Source: Thermodesulfobacteriota bacterium (lineage in GTDB: Bacteria; Desulfobacterota; Desulfarculia; JACQYL01). From it: a stretch of DNA of 64,000 nt. Location of the stretch: assembly GCA_963675595.2 (NCBI GenBank), contig CAXXLZ010000002.1, positions 2,368,001-2,432,000 of the forward strand, written 5' to 3'. Each line of letters begins with the position of its first letter. Positions within the stretch are counted from its first letter, which is position 1. The position numbers and the translations under genes are program-made. Of the stretch, positions 1 to 8,980 are shown in pieces. The notes under the pieces were generated by a model. The model was not told the origin of the DNA. It ran no database searches and saw only the letters and a program-made list of their open reading frames with translations.

Positions 1-273
1 CAGATGCTCCGCACGCGACGTCGCTTCCGCCATCATCCTTTCCCGTTCTTTGTTTGCCTCCCGCTTTGCGTCCTCAAGCTGCCCATTAAACTCGACGAGA
101 AGGCGCTCTCCCTTATCGGCAAATTCGGATGCATCCTTCCGCGCCTGATCGATCCTTTCCTTCCGCTCCCTCACTGTTTCCAGCACCGGCCGAAACAGGA
201 GCCGGTTCAGGATGAACATGAGCAGAAGGAAGTTGATCAACTGCAGCGCCAGGGTGGCGTTTATGCTGATCAC
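1..273 (-). CDS. atpF: ATP synthase F0 subunit b/b' (5' part; runs off window edge)
   Basis: Hand translation from GTG at 273 gives MISINATLALQLINFLLLMFILNRLLFRPVLETVRERKERIDQARKDA..., a single TM helix plus charged coiled coil typical of b/b'. Follows atpE. Absent from the ORF track. Confidence 0.9.
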   Translation of the reverse strand, partial: MISINATLALQLINFLLLMFILNRLLFRPVLETVRERKERIDQARKDASEFADKGERLLVEFNGQLEDAKREANKERERMMAEATSRAEHL

Positions 274-306
274 CTTTCAGACTCCGTATCTTTTGGGTTT
301 CGCTTT

Positions 307-561
307 CTAGACCACAAAAATCAGAAGCAACGCTACGACCAGGGAGTAAATACCCGTGGATTCCGAAACAGCCTGCCCGACGAGCATCGTTCTGGTCAGC
401 AAACCGGCTTCCTGGGGATTTCTGCCGATGGCCTCACAAGCCTTACCCGCGGCAAAACCTTCACCCACGCCGGGTCCAATGGCGCCGAGTCCCATCGCGA
501 TACCCGCCCCCAACAGAGCCGCCGCCCGTACGATGTCCGCTCCTTCGATTCCTACTGCCAT
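307..561 (-). CDS. atpE: ATP synthase F0 subunit c (single hairpin, Na+-binding signature)
   Basis: 84 aa; GxGxG inner helix GPGVGEG, RNP loop, outer helix ESTGIY. Confidence 0.97.
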   Translation of the reverse strand: MAVGIEGADIVRAAALLGAGIAMGLGAIGPGVGEGFAAGKACEAIGRNPQEAGLLTRTMLVGQAVSESTGIYSLVVALLLIFVV

Positions 562-655
562 TTGATCATCCTCCGTAATGTTTATTTTGATCGCCTCTAT
601 TCGTTCAATTCTTTGTATGTGCCGACGGATGCAACGCCCTTCAAGCCCGCCACAT

Positions 656-1630
656 TTAGACCACGAAAATCAGGACGAGAGCTATCACCATTGCGTAAAT
701 CGCGGTGGATTGGGCCACCGCCTGACCCACCAGCATGGTTCGAGTCAACACACCGGTGGCTTCCGAACTTCGACTGACCCAGGTTACGGCTCCCTCGGCG
801 GTCATCCCGTTCCCGATCCCGGGTCCGATACCTCCGAATCCCATGCAAAGCCCTGCGGACAGGAGAGCGAAGGACGCGGTGAGCGTGGAAGACTCGGGGA
901 ACGTCTTGAACATCAGAATGAAGCTCACCAACAGACCGAAAATAGCCGGAGTTTGGGCCACGGCCTGTCCCACAAGCATGGCCGTTGTCGTGGCTCCCAG
1001 AGTGAGAGGTTGCCTGGCGATTCCCTGCGTGCTGGCTCCGGCCGCCATTCCGCCTCCGACGCCGGACCCGATGGCCGCCAACCCCGTGGAGAACCCCGCG
1101 CCCAGCAGCGCCGCCCAGGTAGGAGAGACGGGGGCTTTGCTGAAGTCCAGGAACATGAGCATAAAGGCCACCACCATGGAAAAAATGGCGGGCGTCTGGC
1201 AGACCGCGGAGCCGATGAGCATGTTGGTTGTGAGGGAGCCCGCCATTTTGGGCTGCCGCGCCAATCCTTCGCATGCACCGGCGGCGGGAAATCCCGAACC
1301 TACGCCCGAACCGATGGCTCCGAACCCCATGCACGCCCCCGCGCCGATGAGCGCCGCGGATTTGGCCGTCGTCTCACCGATATGATGATCCAGAAAGATC
1401 AGCAAAACAGCGATCACCAGTGCGAAAATACCCGCGGACTCGGCCACGGCCTGGCCGACCAACATGTTTCGCACAACATCGCTCGATGCTTGGGGACGTC
1501 TGGCGCTGGCGCGCGATGCAAAACCCGCACAGAATCCTTCCCCTACCGCAGCGCCGATGGCTCCGAGCCCGATGGCGATCCCGGCGCCGAGATACGCCGA
1601 ACCCATAACATAAATATGTGCCGTCTCCAC
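656..1630 (-). CDS. atpE: Fused four-hairpin ATP synthase subunit c (8 TM), one carboxylate site
   Basis: 324 aa with four c-subunit repeats; loops RRP/RQP/RQP/RSS; outer helices ESAGIF, QTPAIF, QTPAIF, QSTAIY; GTG start after purine-rich RBS. Confidence 0.93.
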   Translation of the reverse strand: METAHIYVMGSAYLGAGIAIGLGAIGAAVGEGFCAGFASRASARRPQASSDVVRNMLVGQAVAESAGIFALVIAVLLIFLDHHIGETTAKSAALIGAGACMGFGAIGSGVGSGFPAAGACEGLARQPKMAGSLTTNMLIGSAVCQTPAIFSMVVAFMLMFLDFSKAPVSPTWAALLGAGFSTGLAAIGSGVGGGMAAGASTQGIARQPLTLGATTTAMLVGQAVAQTPAIFGLLVSFILMFKTFPESSTLTASFALLSAGLCMGFGGIGPGIGNGMTAEGAVTWVSRSSEATGVLTRTMLVGQAVAQSTAIYAMVIALVLIFVV

Positions 1631-1648
1631 TTGGGCTATATCTCCCTT

Positions 1649-2323
1649 CTACTTAATCTGAACCGAAATATACACAAGGGTCAGCATGGTGAAAACAAAA
1701 GCCTGGATGGTTCCGACAAACAGTCCGAAAAACGCGAACAGGAAAGGCGGAATCACCAATTGCCAGACGAGGTGGGATACGACCAGAATGATGATGGACC
1801 CGCCCATGATGTTTCCATACAGACGGAAGGAGATGGAAACGACCTTGGCGATCTCACCAATCACGTTCAAAGGAGCCATGAAGAACATCGGCTGGCAATA
1901 CTCGGAGAGATACTGCTTCAAGCCTTTGGCCTTGATTCCGGAATAATGGGCGATGATAAACCCCAGCAGCCCCATGCTGAGAGGCGTATTCAAATCTTTG
2001 GTGGGCTCCGAAAGAAAAGGAATGATCCCGATCCAGTTACACAAGAGCAGAAACATGAAAAGCGCGCAAATCAAGGGAAAGTATTTTCGATAGTCCTTGA
2101 TTTCCAATGCGTCGCGAGTCAAGTCGTCGAAGGTCACGATAAAGAGCTCGGCGACATTCTGCAAACCTCCGGGAACATGGGCCAACTTTCGCGATGCGAG
2201 CACCGCGAACAAAATCAATACCCCCATGACGATCCACGTCATGATCAGGGTTTCTACGTTGAACACCAAATTGTAGTCCCCGAGCGTGAGCGTGTACTGC
2301 CAGACATTGGTTAATTCATCCAT
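1649..2323 (-). CDS. atpB: ATP synthase F0 subunit a
   Basis: PGGLQN, PTKDLN and SISFRLYGNI (essential Arg) motifs. Confidence 0.97.
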   Translation of the reverse strand: MDELTNVWQYTLTLGDYNLVFNVETLIMTWIVMGVLILFAVLASRKLAHVPGGLQNVAELFIVTFDDLTRDALEIKDYRKYFPLICALFMFLLLCNWIGIIPFLSEPTKDLNTPLSMGLLGFIIAHYSGIKAKGLKQYLSEYCQPMFFMAPLNVIGEIAKVVSISFRLYGNIMGGSIIILVVSHLVWQLVIPPFLFAFFGLFVGTIQAFVFTMLTLVYISVQIK

Positions 2324-2347
2324 TGTGCCTTCCCTGCCTTGTGGTCG

Positions 2348-2770
2348 TCAATATGTGATTCCCCTCCGAAAAAAATGAGCCCATCCAACATAATACAGCA
2401 GGATCGAAATCTGTGCATTGAAGACGCCGACACATGTGGCCACGATGCTGATCTGATCCGATCTGACGGCTATGATTAAAGGGAATGCCAGAAGAACGTA
2501 TCGGAGCAAAATGGAGAAAAAGGCTTCCACCCCCGCGCGTTTCGAACTCATACCCAACCGTCGAACGATCCCGCGTTTCATCAACGCGAAATTGGCCAGG
2601 CTGAAAACGCTCCCCAACACAAATCCTTTGGCCTCGCCGAAACGGGACATGGCAAGACATCCGAGCACCACCACCGCGCAGAGCACGGCTGCGGTTTTTG
2701 CCACGTTCACCACCGGGTCGTCCGCCCGAGGCTCATTCTCCGTTTTTCCGGTCTCGCTCGGTACCTTCAT
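2348..2770 (-). CDS. atpI: ATP synthase protein I (membrane)
   Basis: Four-TM protein (GFVLGSVFSLANF, LLRYVLL) immediately upstream of atpB; start reassigned to ATG at 2770. Confidence 0.8.
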   Translation of the reverse strand: MKVPSETGKTENEPRADDPVVNVAKTAAVLCAVVVLGCLAMSRFGEAKGFVLGSVFSLANFALMKRGIVRRLGMSSKRAGVEAFFSILLRYVLLAFPLIIAVRSDQISIVATCVGVFNAQISILLYYVGWAHFFRRGITY

Positions 2771-2984
2771 CGAGAACCTCTCTGATCTGGCGATACACCG
2801 TGTAGGCCCCTCCGATGACACCAAGAATCAGAAAAACGGTAGTGAAGAGCCCTTTTACCCCGAGCCACTTGTCTAGATAGTAACCGATGGCAAAGCAAAA
2901 GAGCACACAACCGACCATGGTGAGACCCAACTGGGTAACCAGTGTGAGGTTCTCCATCATGGCCTTCCGATCCTGTTTTTTCAT
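2733..2984 (-). CDS. AtpZ/AtpI family (ATPase gene 1) protein
   Basis: QLGLTMVGCVLFCFAIGYYLDKWLG...GG motif typical of AtpZ/AtpI; first gene of atp operon; start reassigned to ATG at 2984. Confidence 0.85.
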   Translation of the reverse strand: MKKQDRKAMMENLTLVTQLGLTMVGCVLFCFAIGYYLDKWLGVKGLFTTVFLILGVIGGAYTVYRQIREVLDEGTERDRKNGE

Positions 2985-3025
2985 AGAGCACGCGAATCGC
3001 TTGTGATTATTTTCTCGCAGTCGGG

Positions 3026-3055
3026 ACACTAATGCCTTTTGGATGCTTTTGTCAA
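3026..3055 (-). promoter_or_regulatory. Putative sigma70 promoter of atp operon
   Basis: Minus strand TTGACA-18 nt-TAGTGT about 40 nt upstream of the atpZ start. Confidence 0.5.
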
Positions 3056-3489
3056 GAGAAAACCTTGACGCCCATCGTGCCCAAATCAAAACATTCGGTA
3101 TCTTAAGACAATCTGCAAAGATCCGGAGCACACGGCTGTTTTCTCACGCGGCAGCCCCCTACCCCCGCCGGGACGACCGTCGGCCGCAACCGGCGATCAT
3201 GCAGCATAGCGCTCTATTATCGATTGTGCAAGCGGCTCAACAATGCATCAAAAAAAAGCTCCGGGAGCCGGGCCCTCGTCTCCAGGGGAGGAACGGACCC
3301 TCTCTGATTCGGCACGGCCCTACCCCCCTCCGGCCCCAAGAGGAAACCCCTTTCCATCTGCGGTTCAAGTATGCCATAGTTGTGAATCAAAGTACGAGCG
3401 GACCCGATGAACGAAGCCGCCTACCGCGAATCACCCACGAATCGGGATATCCCGTTCATTGGTCCCCGTCGGCGTTTTGGAGACTAGAC

Positions 3490-4650
3490 ATGCCTCAGCC
3501 CATAGATCAAGAAGAACTTTCGGTTCTTCTCGTCGATGATGAAGATGAATTCCGACAGCCTTTATTCAAACGCCTTTCCAGGCGGGGATTCCATGTCCGG
3601 GAGGCTTGCAACGGACGTGAAGCGCTGCTGGCTCTTGAAAAAGAACCCGCCGGCGTGGTGGTCATGGACGTCATGATGCCCGTTCTGGATGGAATAGAGG
3701 CTCTCAAAAGAATCAAACAGGAATTCCACGAAACCGAGGTCATCCTTCTCACCGGCTTTTCCAATACCGATCAGGGCGTATCCGGAATCAAAGCCGGAGC
3801 CTTTGACTATCTGTCCAAGCCCATTGAATTCGAACACCTCTTGGGCAAGATACGTCAAGCCGGCGACAAGCTGCTCCGACAAGAGGAAAAACGACGCGAA
3901 CTCGAGTTCCGCTCGCGAATGGAGCAGCAAATGATCGCAGCGGAACGTTTGGCCGCAGTGGGTACCATGGCCGCCGGAATCGCCCACGAAATCAACAACC
4001 CTCTCTCCATCATCGCGGAATCGGCCGGATGGATGAACACCCTTCTGGCCAAACCCGAGTTGGCCTCCATCCCTCACCGGGACGGATTAAAACTCGCTCT
4101 GGACAAGATCGAAAAGAGCGTCTCCCGCACCCGCACCATTACGCACCAACTACTGGGTTTCGTGCGCAAGGACGATTCCGTCGTTAAGGAAAGCAGCCTG
4201 TCCGAGCTCATTCAGGAAGTCATCGACCTCATGGGGACTCATGCCGGGGATTTAGGGGTGGTTCTCGAAAAAGACGTCGATACCCGGGCGGATACGATCT
4301 GGACCGATCCGTCGCAACTTCGCCAAGTGTTGGTGAATCTGGTATCCAACGCCATACAGGCGTCCTCGCGCGACGGTAAGGTGCTCATCCGTCTGGAGGA
4401 CGCACCCGAAGAGATCATCCTGTCGGTGAAGGATCAGGGCGAGGGCATTCCCAAAGAGAACTTGTGTCGAATCTTCGAACCGTTCTTCACCACCAAACCC
4501 CCGGGGAAAGGCACGGGGTTGGGACTTTCCATCAGTCGAAGTCTGGTGGAGAAGCTCGGAGGTAAGATCGACGTGGAGAGTCAACTCGGAAAAGGAAGCA
4601 CCTTCTCGGTGCGGCTTCCCAAGTTGAACCCCGTCGCAGACCGCTCATGA
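3490..4650 (+). CDS. Hybrid receiver-histidine kinase (REC-HisKA-HATPase)
   Basis: LLVDDE...DVMMP...KP receiver; AHEINNPL H-box; NLVSNA, DQGEGI, FEPFFTTK, GTGLGL boxes; likely start ATG 3490. Confidence 0.93.
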   Translation: MPQPIDQEELSVLLVDDEDEFRQPLFKRLSRRGFHVREACNGREALLALEKEPAGVVVMDVMMPVLDGIEALKRIKQEFHETEVILLTGFSNTDQGVSGIKAGAFDYLSKPIEFEHLLGKIRQAGDKLLRQEEKRRELEFRSRMEQQMIAAERLAAVGTMAAGIAHEINNPLSIIAESAGWMNTLLAKPELASIPHRDGLKLALDKIEKSVSRTRTITHQLLGFVRKDDSVVKESSLSELIQEVIDLMGTHAGDLGVVLEKDVDTRADTIWTDPSQLRQVLVNLVSNAIQASSRDGKVLIRLEDAPEEIILSVKDQGEGIPKENLCRIFEPFFTTKPPGKGTGLGLSISRSLVEKLGGKIDVESQLGKGSTFSVRLPKLNPVADRS

Positions 4651-4702
4651 CCGGATTCACGGCTCCGCTTCCGGCTTCGATCTCCAAACCGATCGCGGGC
4701 GG

Positions 4703-6085
4703 CTACTTTCGGATCACGGCCTCCAAGGAGATATTGTATTTCTTCATCCTATTCCACACCGTCATGCGGTGAACTCCAAGAATTTCGGCCGCCTTGGTCT
4801 TGCTTCCGCCGCTTAGACGCAACGCCTCGATGAGAGCCCTTCGCTCATCCCCGGACTCCGCATCGCCCGCGACGGAACCCTCCTTGACTTCCGGCTCCCC
4901 ACCGGCCTGCTGCATCGCCGGCAGGTGCTCAAGTTGTATGGAACCGGACTCCGCCACCACAAAAGCGTATTCGAGAGCGCTCCTCAGTTCCCTGACGTTC
5001 CCCGGCCAATTATAATCCATGAAGAATCTCATCACTTCGGGACTCGTCCCATTAATCCGCTTCTGATTACGTCTGCGCAGGTCCGCGGTGAAATGTCCCA
5101 CCAACAAGGGAATATCGTCTTTCCGCTCCCGCAAAGGGGGTAAATGAATGGGAATCACGTTGATACGGAAGAAAAGGTCTTCCCGAAACCGGCCTTCCGA
5201 TACCAACCGGGAAAGATTCCGGTTGGTCGCCGAAATGACCCGAACATCCACGTTCACCGGAGCGTGGTCTCCCACGCGTTCAAAACGCTTGGTCTCCAGC
5301 ACCCGCAACAGTTTGACCTGAGTGGCGGAGGGAATATCTCCGATTTCATCCAGGAAGATATCTCCCCCGTGCGCAGCTTCGAATCGCCCCACCCGGTGAC
5401 GATAGGCTCCGGTGAACGCCCCCTTCACGTGACCGAACAATTCGCTTTCCAGGAGAGACTCGTTCAAGGCCGCACAGTTGAATTGGATGAAGGGCCCTTC
5501 CTTCCTCCGCCCAAGGCTGTGAATCGCATGGGCCACCAGCTCCTTGCCCGTTCCGCTCTCACCATAGATCACCACCGGAGCGTCGCTTTGACCGGCTTTT
5601 TCGATGATCTGAAAAATCTTGCGCATGGCCCTACTCTTGCCCACCATGCCTTGAAAACCCGTGGCCGGTACTAGTAGACGCGAAAGTTCCTGAATCTTCT
5701 GATCGCGCCGATCCATTTCCGACAAGTCGATGAAGGTTTCCAGCGCGCCGATCACCTCGCCGTTTTCGTCCTGCAGCAGGCAGGCGTTTTTCAACGCGGC
5801 CACGAGACTTCCGTTCTTCTTCCCGAGCAAACACCGCTTGTCCTTCACGCCTCCCATCTCGAACAAGGCACACCAGTTCTTTCCGCCTTCGGAGCGGGTC
5901 AGATCGCAGGCGTCGCACTTCAGCACCGTGCAGGGAGCCCCCAACAACTCCTCTTTGGTAAATCCCGTCATCCTTTCGAAGGCCGTGTTCACCACAAGGA
6001 TTCTCCCTTCCGGCCCCACTACCATCAAACCGTCGCTCACCGCATTCAGAATGGTCTTCCAATGAACTCCGAAATCATTTGTCAT
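4703..6085 (-). CDS. sigma54-dependent transcriptional activator, Cys-rich PAS-AAA+-Fis HTH
   Basis: PAS N-terminus, GESGTGKE, GAFTGA, WPGNVREL, C-terminal HTH. Confidence 0.95.
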   Translation of the reverse strand: MTNDFGVHWKTILNAVSDGLMVVGPEGRILVVNTAFERMTGFTKEELLGAPCTVLKCDACDLTRSEGGKNWCALFEMGGVKDKRCLLGKKNGSLVAALKNACLLQDENGEVIGALETFIDLSEMDRRDQKIQELSRLLVPATGFQGMVGKSRAMRKIFQIIEKAGQSDAPVVIYGESGTGKELVAHAIHSLGRRKEGPFIQFNCAALNESLLESELFGHVKGAFTGAYRHRVGRFEAAHGGDIFLDEIGDIPSATQVKLLRVLETKRFERVGDHAPVNVDVRVISATNRNLSRLVSEGRFREDLFFRINVIPIHLPPLRERKDDIPLLVGHFTADLRRRNQKRINGTSPEVMRFFMDYNWPGNVRELRSALEYAFVVAESGSIQLEHLPAMQQAGGEPEVKEGSVAGDAESGDERRALIEALRLSGGSKTKAAEILGVHRMTVWNRMKKYNISLEAVIRK

Positions 6086-6241
6086 GCATCAATTCCTCGG
6101 CACGAATTTATCACATGATTAATCATCTTTTTGTCATATGCAAACATCGACACGGACCCTCCCCGGAAGACCTCGATACAGCACCTCTAATTTCTATTTT
6201 AATATCAATAAGATAGATCACGCAATCGCTTTCCAAGCCAT

Positions 6242-6257
6242 TGGCACGGAACTTGTT
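6242..6257 (+). promoter_or_regulatory. Putative sigma54 (-24/-12) promoter of the psr/phs operon
   Basis: TGGCACG-GAAC-TTGTT (GG-N10-GT variant); IHF-like TATCAATAAGATA about 30 nt upstream; divergent from a sigma54 activator. Confidence 0.6.
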
Positions 6258-6389
6258 AAAGCATTCTCACACCACGGTGAACCGTCCCGTCGTAGGGACA
6301 AGGGAAGAAACGAAACCGATTTCAGCCCTTCATCCGAAACTTATTTTGTTTATCAGATTCAACCGGATTGGCGCAACAAGGAGGCGACC

Positions 6390-6722
6390 ATGAAAAAGAT
6401 TCTGTCTCTGATTCTGGGCATTGTCCTGTTCCTAACGTCCGTCGGATTGGTATTCGCTTACGGCGACGGCAATTACCGCAAGGGCAAATACCTTTTCCGC
6501 AAGAATTGCCGCGCCTGCCATACGGAGGCGGGACAGGCCAAGGAGTTGAGCCCTCTGAGCAAAACCATGGCCGAATGGGAACAGGCGTTCAAACCCGAAA
6601 CCGCGGCCGGCTATCCCTGCAAGGATGAATGGGCGAAGCTTTCCGAAAGCGACCTCAACGACATCTACACCTATTTATATAAGCATGCCGCCGACTCTGC
6701 GACTCCGGCCAAGTGTAAGTAA
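6390..6722 (+). CDS. Periplasmic monoheme cytochrome c
   Basis: AAGGAGG RBS, Sec signal peptide MKKILSLILG..., single CRACH motif. Confidence 0.88.
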   Translation: MKKILSLILGIVLFLTSVGLVFAYGDGNYRKGKYLFRKNCRACHTEAGQAKELSPLSKTMAEWEQAFKPETAAGYPCKDEWAKLSESDLNDIYTYLYKHAADSATPAKCK

Positions 6723-6790
6723 GCTCCGTTACCGCTTTTCAATGAAACCATCGGAAGTTCAACCATTCCATGAACCTGAGGAAGACGACC

Positions 6791-8980
6791 ATGGGGACGA
6801 ATCAACCGCTCACACTTTCCCGCAGAAACTTCCTTAAAGTCGCGGGCGCCGCGGCTGCGGCCGGTACCGGGTTGATTCGGCCGAATTCAGCGAATTCGGC
6901 GACGCCCGAGGCGCCGAGTTTCGAGAGCAAATACTCGGTGTGCGACATGTGTTTCAACAAATGCAGTCTCATCGCCCGAGTGCGAAACGGGGTCGTGGAG
7001 AAGCTCGACCCCAACCCCAAATTCCACAAGTCCCGAGGGATGCTCTGCGCCCGCGGCAACGCCGGAGTCAGGCAGCTCTACGATCCGGACCGCCTGAAAT
7101 CTCCCCTTCTCCGAAAGGGAGAACGGGGCGAGGGAAAGTGGCAAAGGCTCACCTGGGACCAGGCTCTCGACCATGCCGCGGAACAGCTGCTCAAGATCGG
7201 TGAACAATACACGCGTTGCGGAGTCATGTTCATGGCCGGCGCGGACATGCAGTCCACTTTTGTCCATCGGTTCGCGGACGTCTACGGTTCGTACAATAAG
7301 CTGTCACATGAGTCCATGTGCCTGATCGCCGGAACACGGGGTTTTTTGGACACCTTCGGTGAAGTGCCCATTCCCGACATGCAGTACACGAAATACGTGG
7401 TCATGTCCGGAGCGAACCGCTTCGAAGCTTTGGTCACTCCCGACAGCATGGACCTTATGAAAGCCATGGCCGGCGGCTGCAAGCTGGTGGTGCTGGACCC
7501 CCGTTATACCAAAACGGCGGCCCTGGCCCATGAATACTTCCCCGTACGTCCCGGCACGGATATGGCCGTCATGCTGGCTTTTGCTCACGTGCTGATCACT
7601 GAGGGCCTGTACGATCGGGAATTCGTGGAACAGAAATGCTACGGCATCGAACAACTCGCCGAACACGTCAAGCAGTACTCCCCCGAATGGGCCGAGAAGG
7701 AATGCGAAATCCCGGCAGAGGCCATTCGCCGTATTGCCCGGGAAATGGCGGCCGCGGCTCCGCAAGCCATGATCTATCCCGGCCGTCGCAGCTCGAATTA
7801 CCGCAATTCCACTCAAATCCGACGGGCCTACGCCATTGTCAACGCGCTCCTGGGCAACTGGGATCGCCCCGGAGGTCTTACGGCGGCGAGGATGGTGGGG
7901 CTGAAGAGCCCCGGCTACGACGCACCGTTCTATGAATCCAATCCCTTCGAGCGCATCGACCACGGCGTGGCCAAATTGATGTTCGAGGAAGAAGGGTCTT
8001 TAAAAATCGCCCGCGACGCCGTGCTCCGAGAGGAGCCCTATCCGGTCAAGGGTTTCTTCACCTACAAGACCAACCCTATGCAAACGGCCGCCAACCGTTC
8101 CAAGACCATTGAAATGATCCGTAAACTGGATTTCATGTGCACGGTGGATATCGTCATGAGCGATACGGCGTGGATGGCGGACCTGGTGCTGCCGAGTCAG
8201 GCCGCTTTCGAACGCACGGACCCCTGTTCCGCCCAACAAGGTTCCTCGGCCTGCGCCTGTGTGGTCATGCGCGACCCGGTGGTGTCCGACCCCCTGTTTG
8301 AGTCCAAGCCGGTGTTCTGGATGATGAAGGAACTGGCCGACAGGCTGGACCTGGGCGAATATTTCGATCTTTCCATCGAAGAATACCGGAAAGAACAACT
8401 GCGGGACCTGCCCGGAGCCATGGACGCCTTGATCAACGACGGCGTTTACTATAACCCGAGCAAGCTCTACGGTGTTTACGAAGGCAGGATATTCAAAACC
8501 AAGACCCACAAGATCGAGCTGTTCAACGAAACCTATCAGCAAATGGGCTTGGACCCCCTGCCGGTGTACGAATCTCCGACCGCCCCACCGAAGAACCAAT
8601 TCCGCATGGTTGTCGGCAGAACGGCGACCATCACCCAAAGCAGCAGCCAGAACAACAGCCTGCTCCAGGAATTCGAGCCCGAAAACGATCTCTGGATTCA
8701 CCCCGACTCCGCCGCCGCCCTGGGCATTCACGACGGGGACCCTGTAACCGTTTCCGGCAAGGTCGGCGAGCAACGCATCCGTGCGCGCGTCACCCGACGC
8801 ACACGTCCGGATACGGTCTACATGCACACGGGCTACGGCGTGTTGAGCAAAGGCTTGAGCCGGTTGCAGGGTAAGGGCGCCTGCATCGCCCAAGTGCTCG
8901 AAGACGGTCTCGACGAGATCTCCGGCAACATGGCCATGCACGAGACCTTTGTGAAGATAACCAAGGAAAAGAAATCATGA
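6791..8980 (+). CDS. Molybdopterin oxidoreductase catalytic subunit, polysulfide/thiosulfate reductase (PsrA/PhsA) family
   Basis: Tat motif SRRNFLK; CDMCFNKC...C 4Fe-4S; HESMC Mo-ligand Cys; C-terminal molybdopterin-dinucleotide domain; B and C subunits downstream. Confidence 0.9.
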   Translation: MGTNQPLTLSRRNFLKVAGAAAAAGTGLIRPNSANSATPEAPSFESKYSVCDMCFNKCSLIARVRNGVVEKLDPNPKFHKSRGMLCARGNAGVRQLYDPDRLKSPLLRKGERGEGKWQRLTWDQALDHAAEQLLKIGEQYTRCGVMFMAGADMQSTFVHRFADVYGSYNKLSHESMCLIAGTRGFLDTFGEVPIPDMQYTKYVVMSGANRFEALVTPDSMDLMKAMAGGCKLVVLDPRYTKTAALAHEYFPVRPGTDMAVMLAFAHVLITEGLYDREFVEQKCYGIEQLAEHVKQYSPEWAEKECEIPAEAIRRIAREMAAAAPQAMIYPGRRSSNYRNSTQIRRAYAIVNALLGNWDRPGGLTAARMVGLKSPGYDAPFYESNPFERIDHGVAKLMFEEEGSLKIARDAVLREEPYPVKGFFTYKTNPMQTAANRSKTIEMIRKLDFMCTVDIVMSDTAWMADLVLPSQAAFERTDPCSAQQGSSACACVVMRDPVVSDPLFESKPVFWMMKELADRLDLGEYFDLSIEEYRKEQLRDLPGAMDALINDGVYYNPSKLYGVYEGRIFKTKTHKIELFNETYQQMGLDPLPVYESPTAPPKNQFRMVVGRTATITQSSSQNNSLLQEFEPENDLWIHPDSAAALGIHDGDPVTVSGKVGEQRIRARVTRRTRPDTVYMHTGYGVLSKGLSRLQGKGACIAQVLEDGLDEISGNMAMHETFVKITKEKKS

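Noticed and set aside
578-2314. Long + strand ORF (578 aa), and similar antisense ORFs such as 13553-15205 and 49301-50416
   Set aside because: Shadow ORFs opposite well-supported genes in GC-rich DNA; no recognisable motifs
3043-3489. 149-aa N-terminal extension of the hybrid kinase in the ORF track
   Set aside because: Overlaps the divergent promoter region and has no domain features; the receiver domain starts right after ATG 3490
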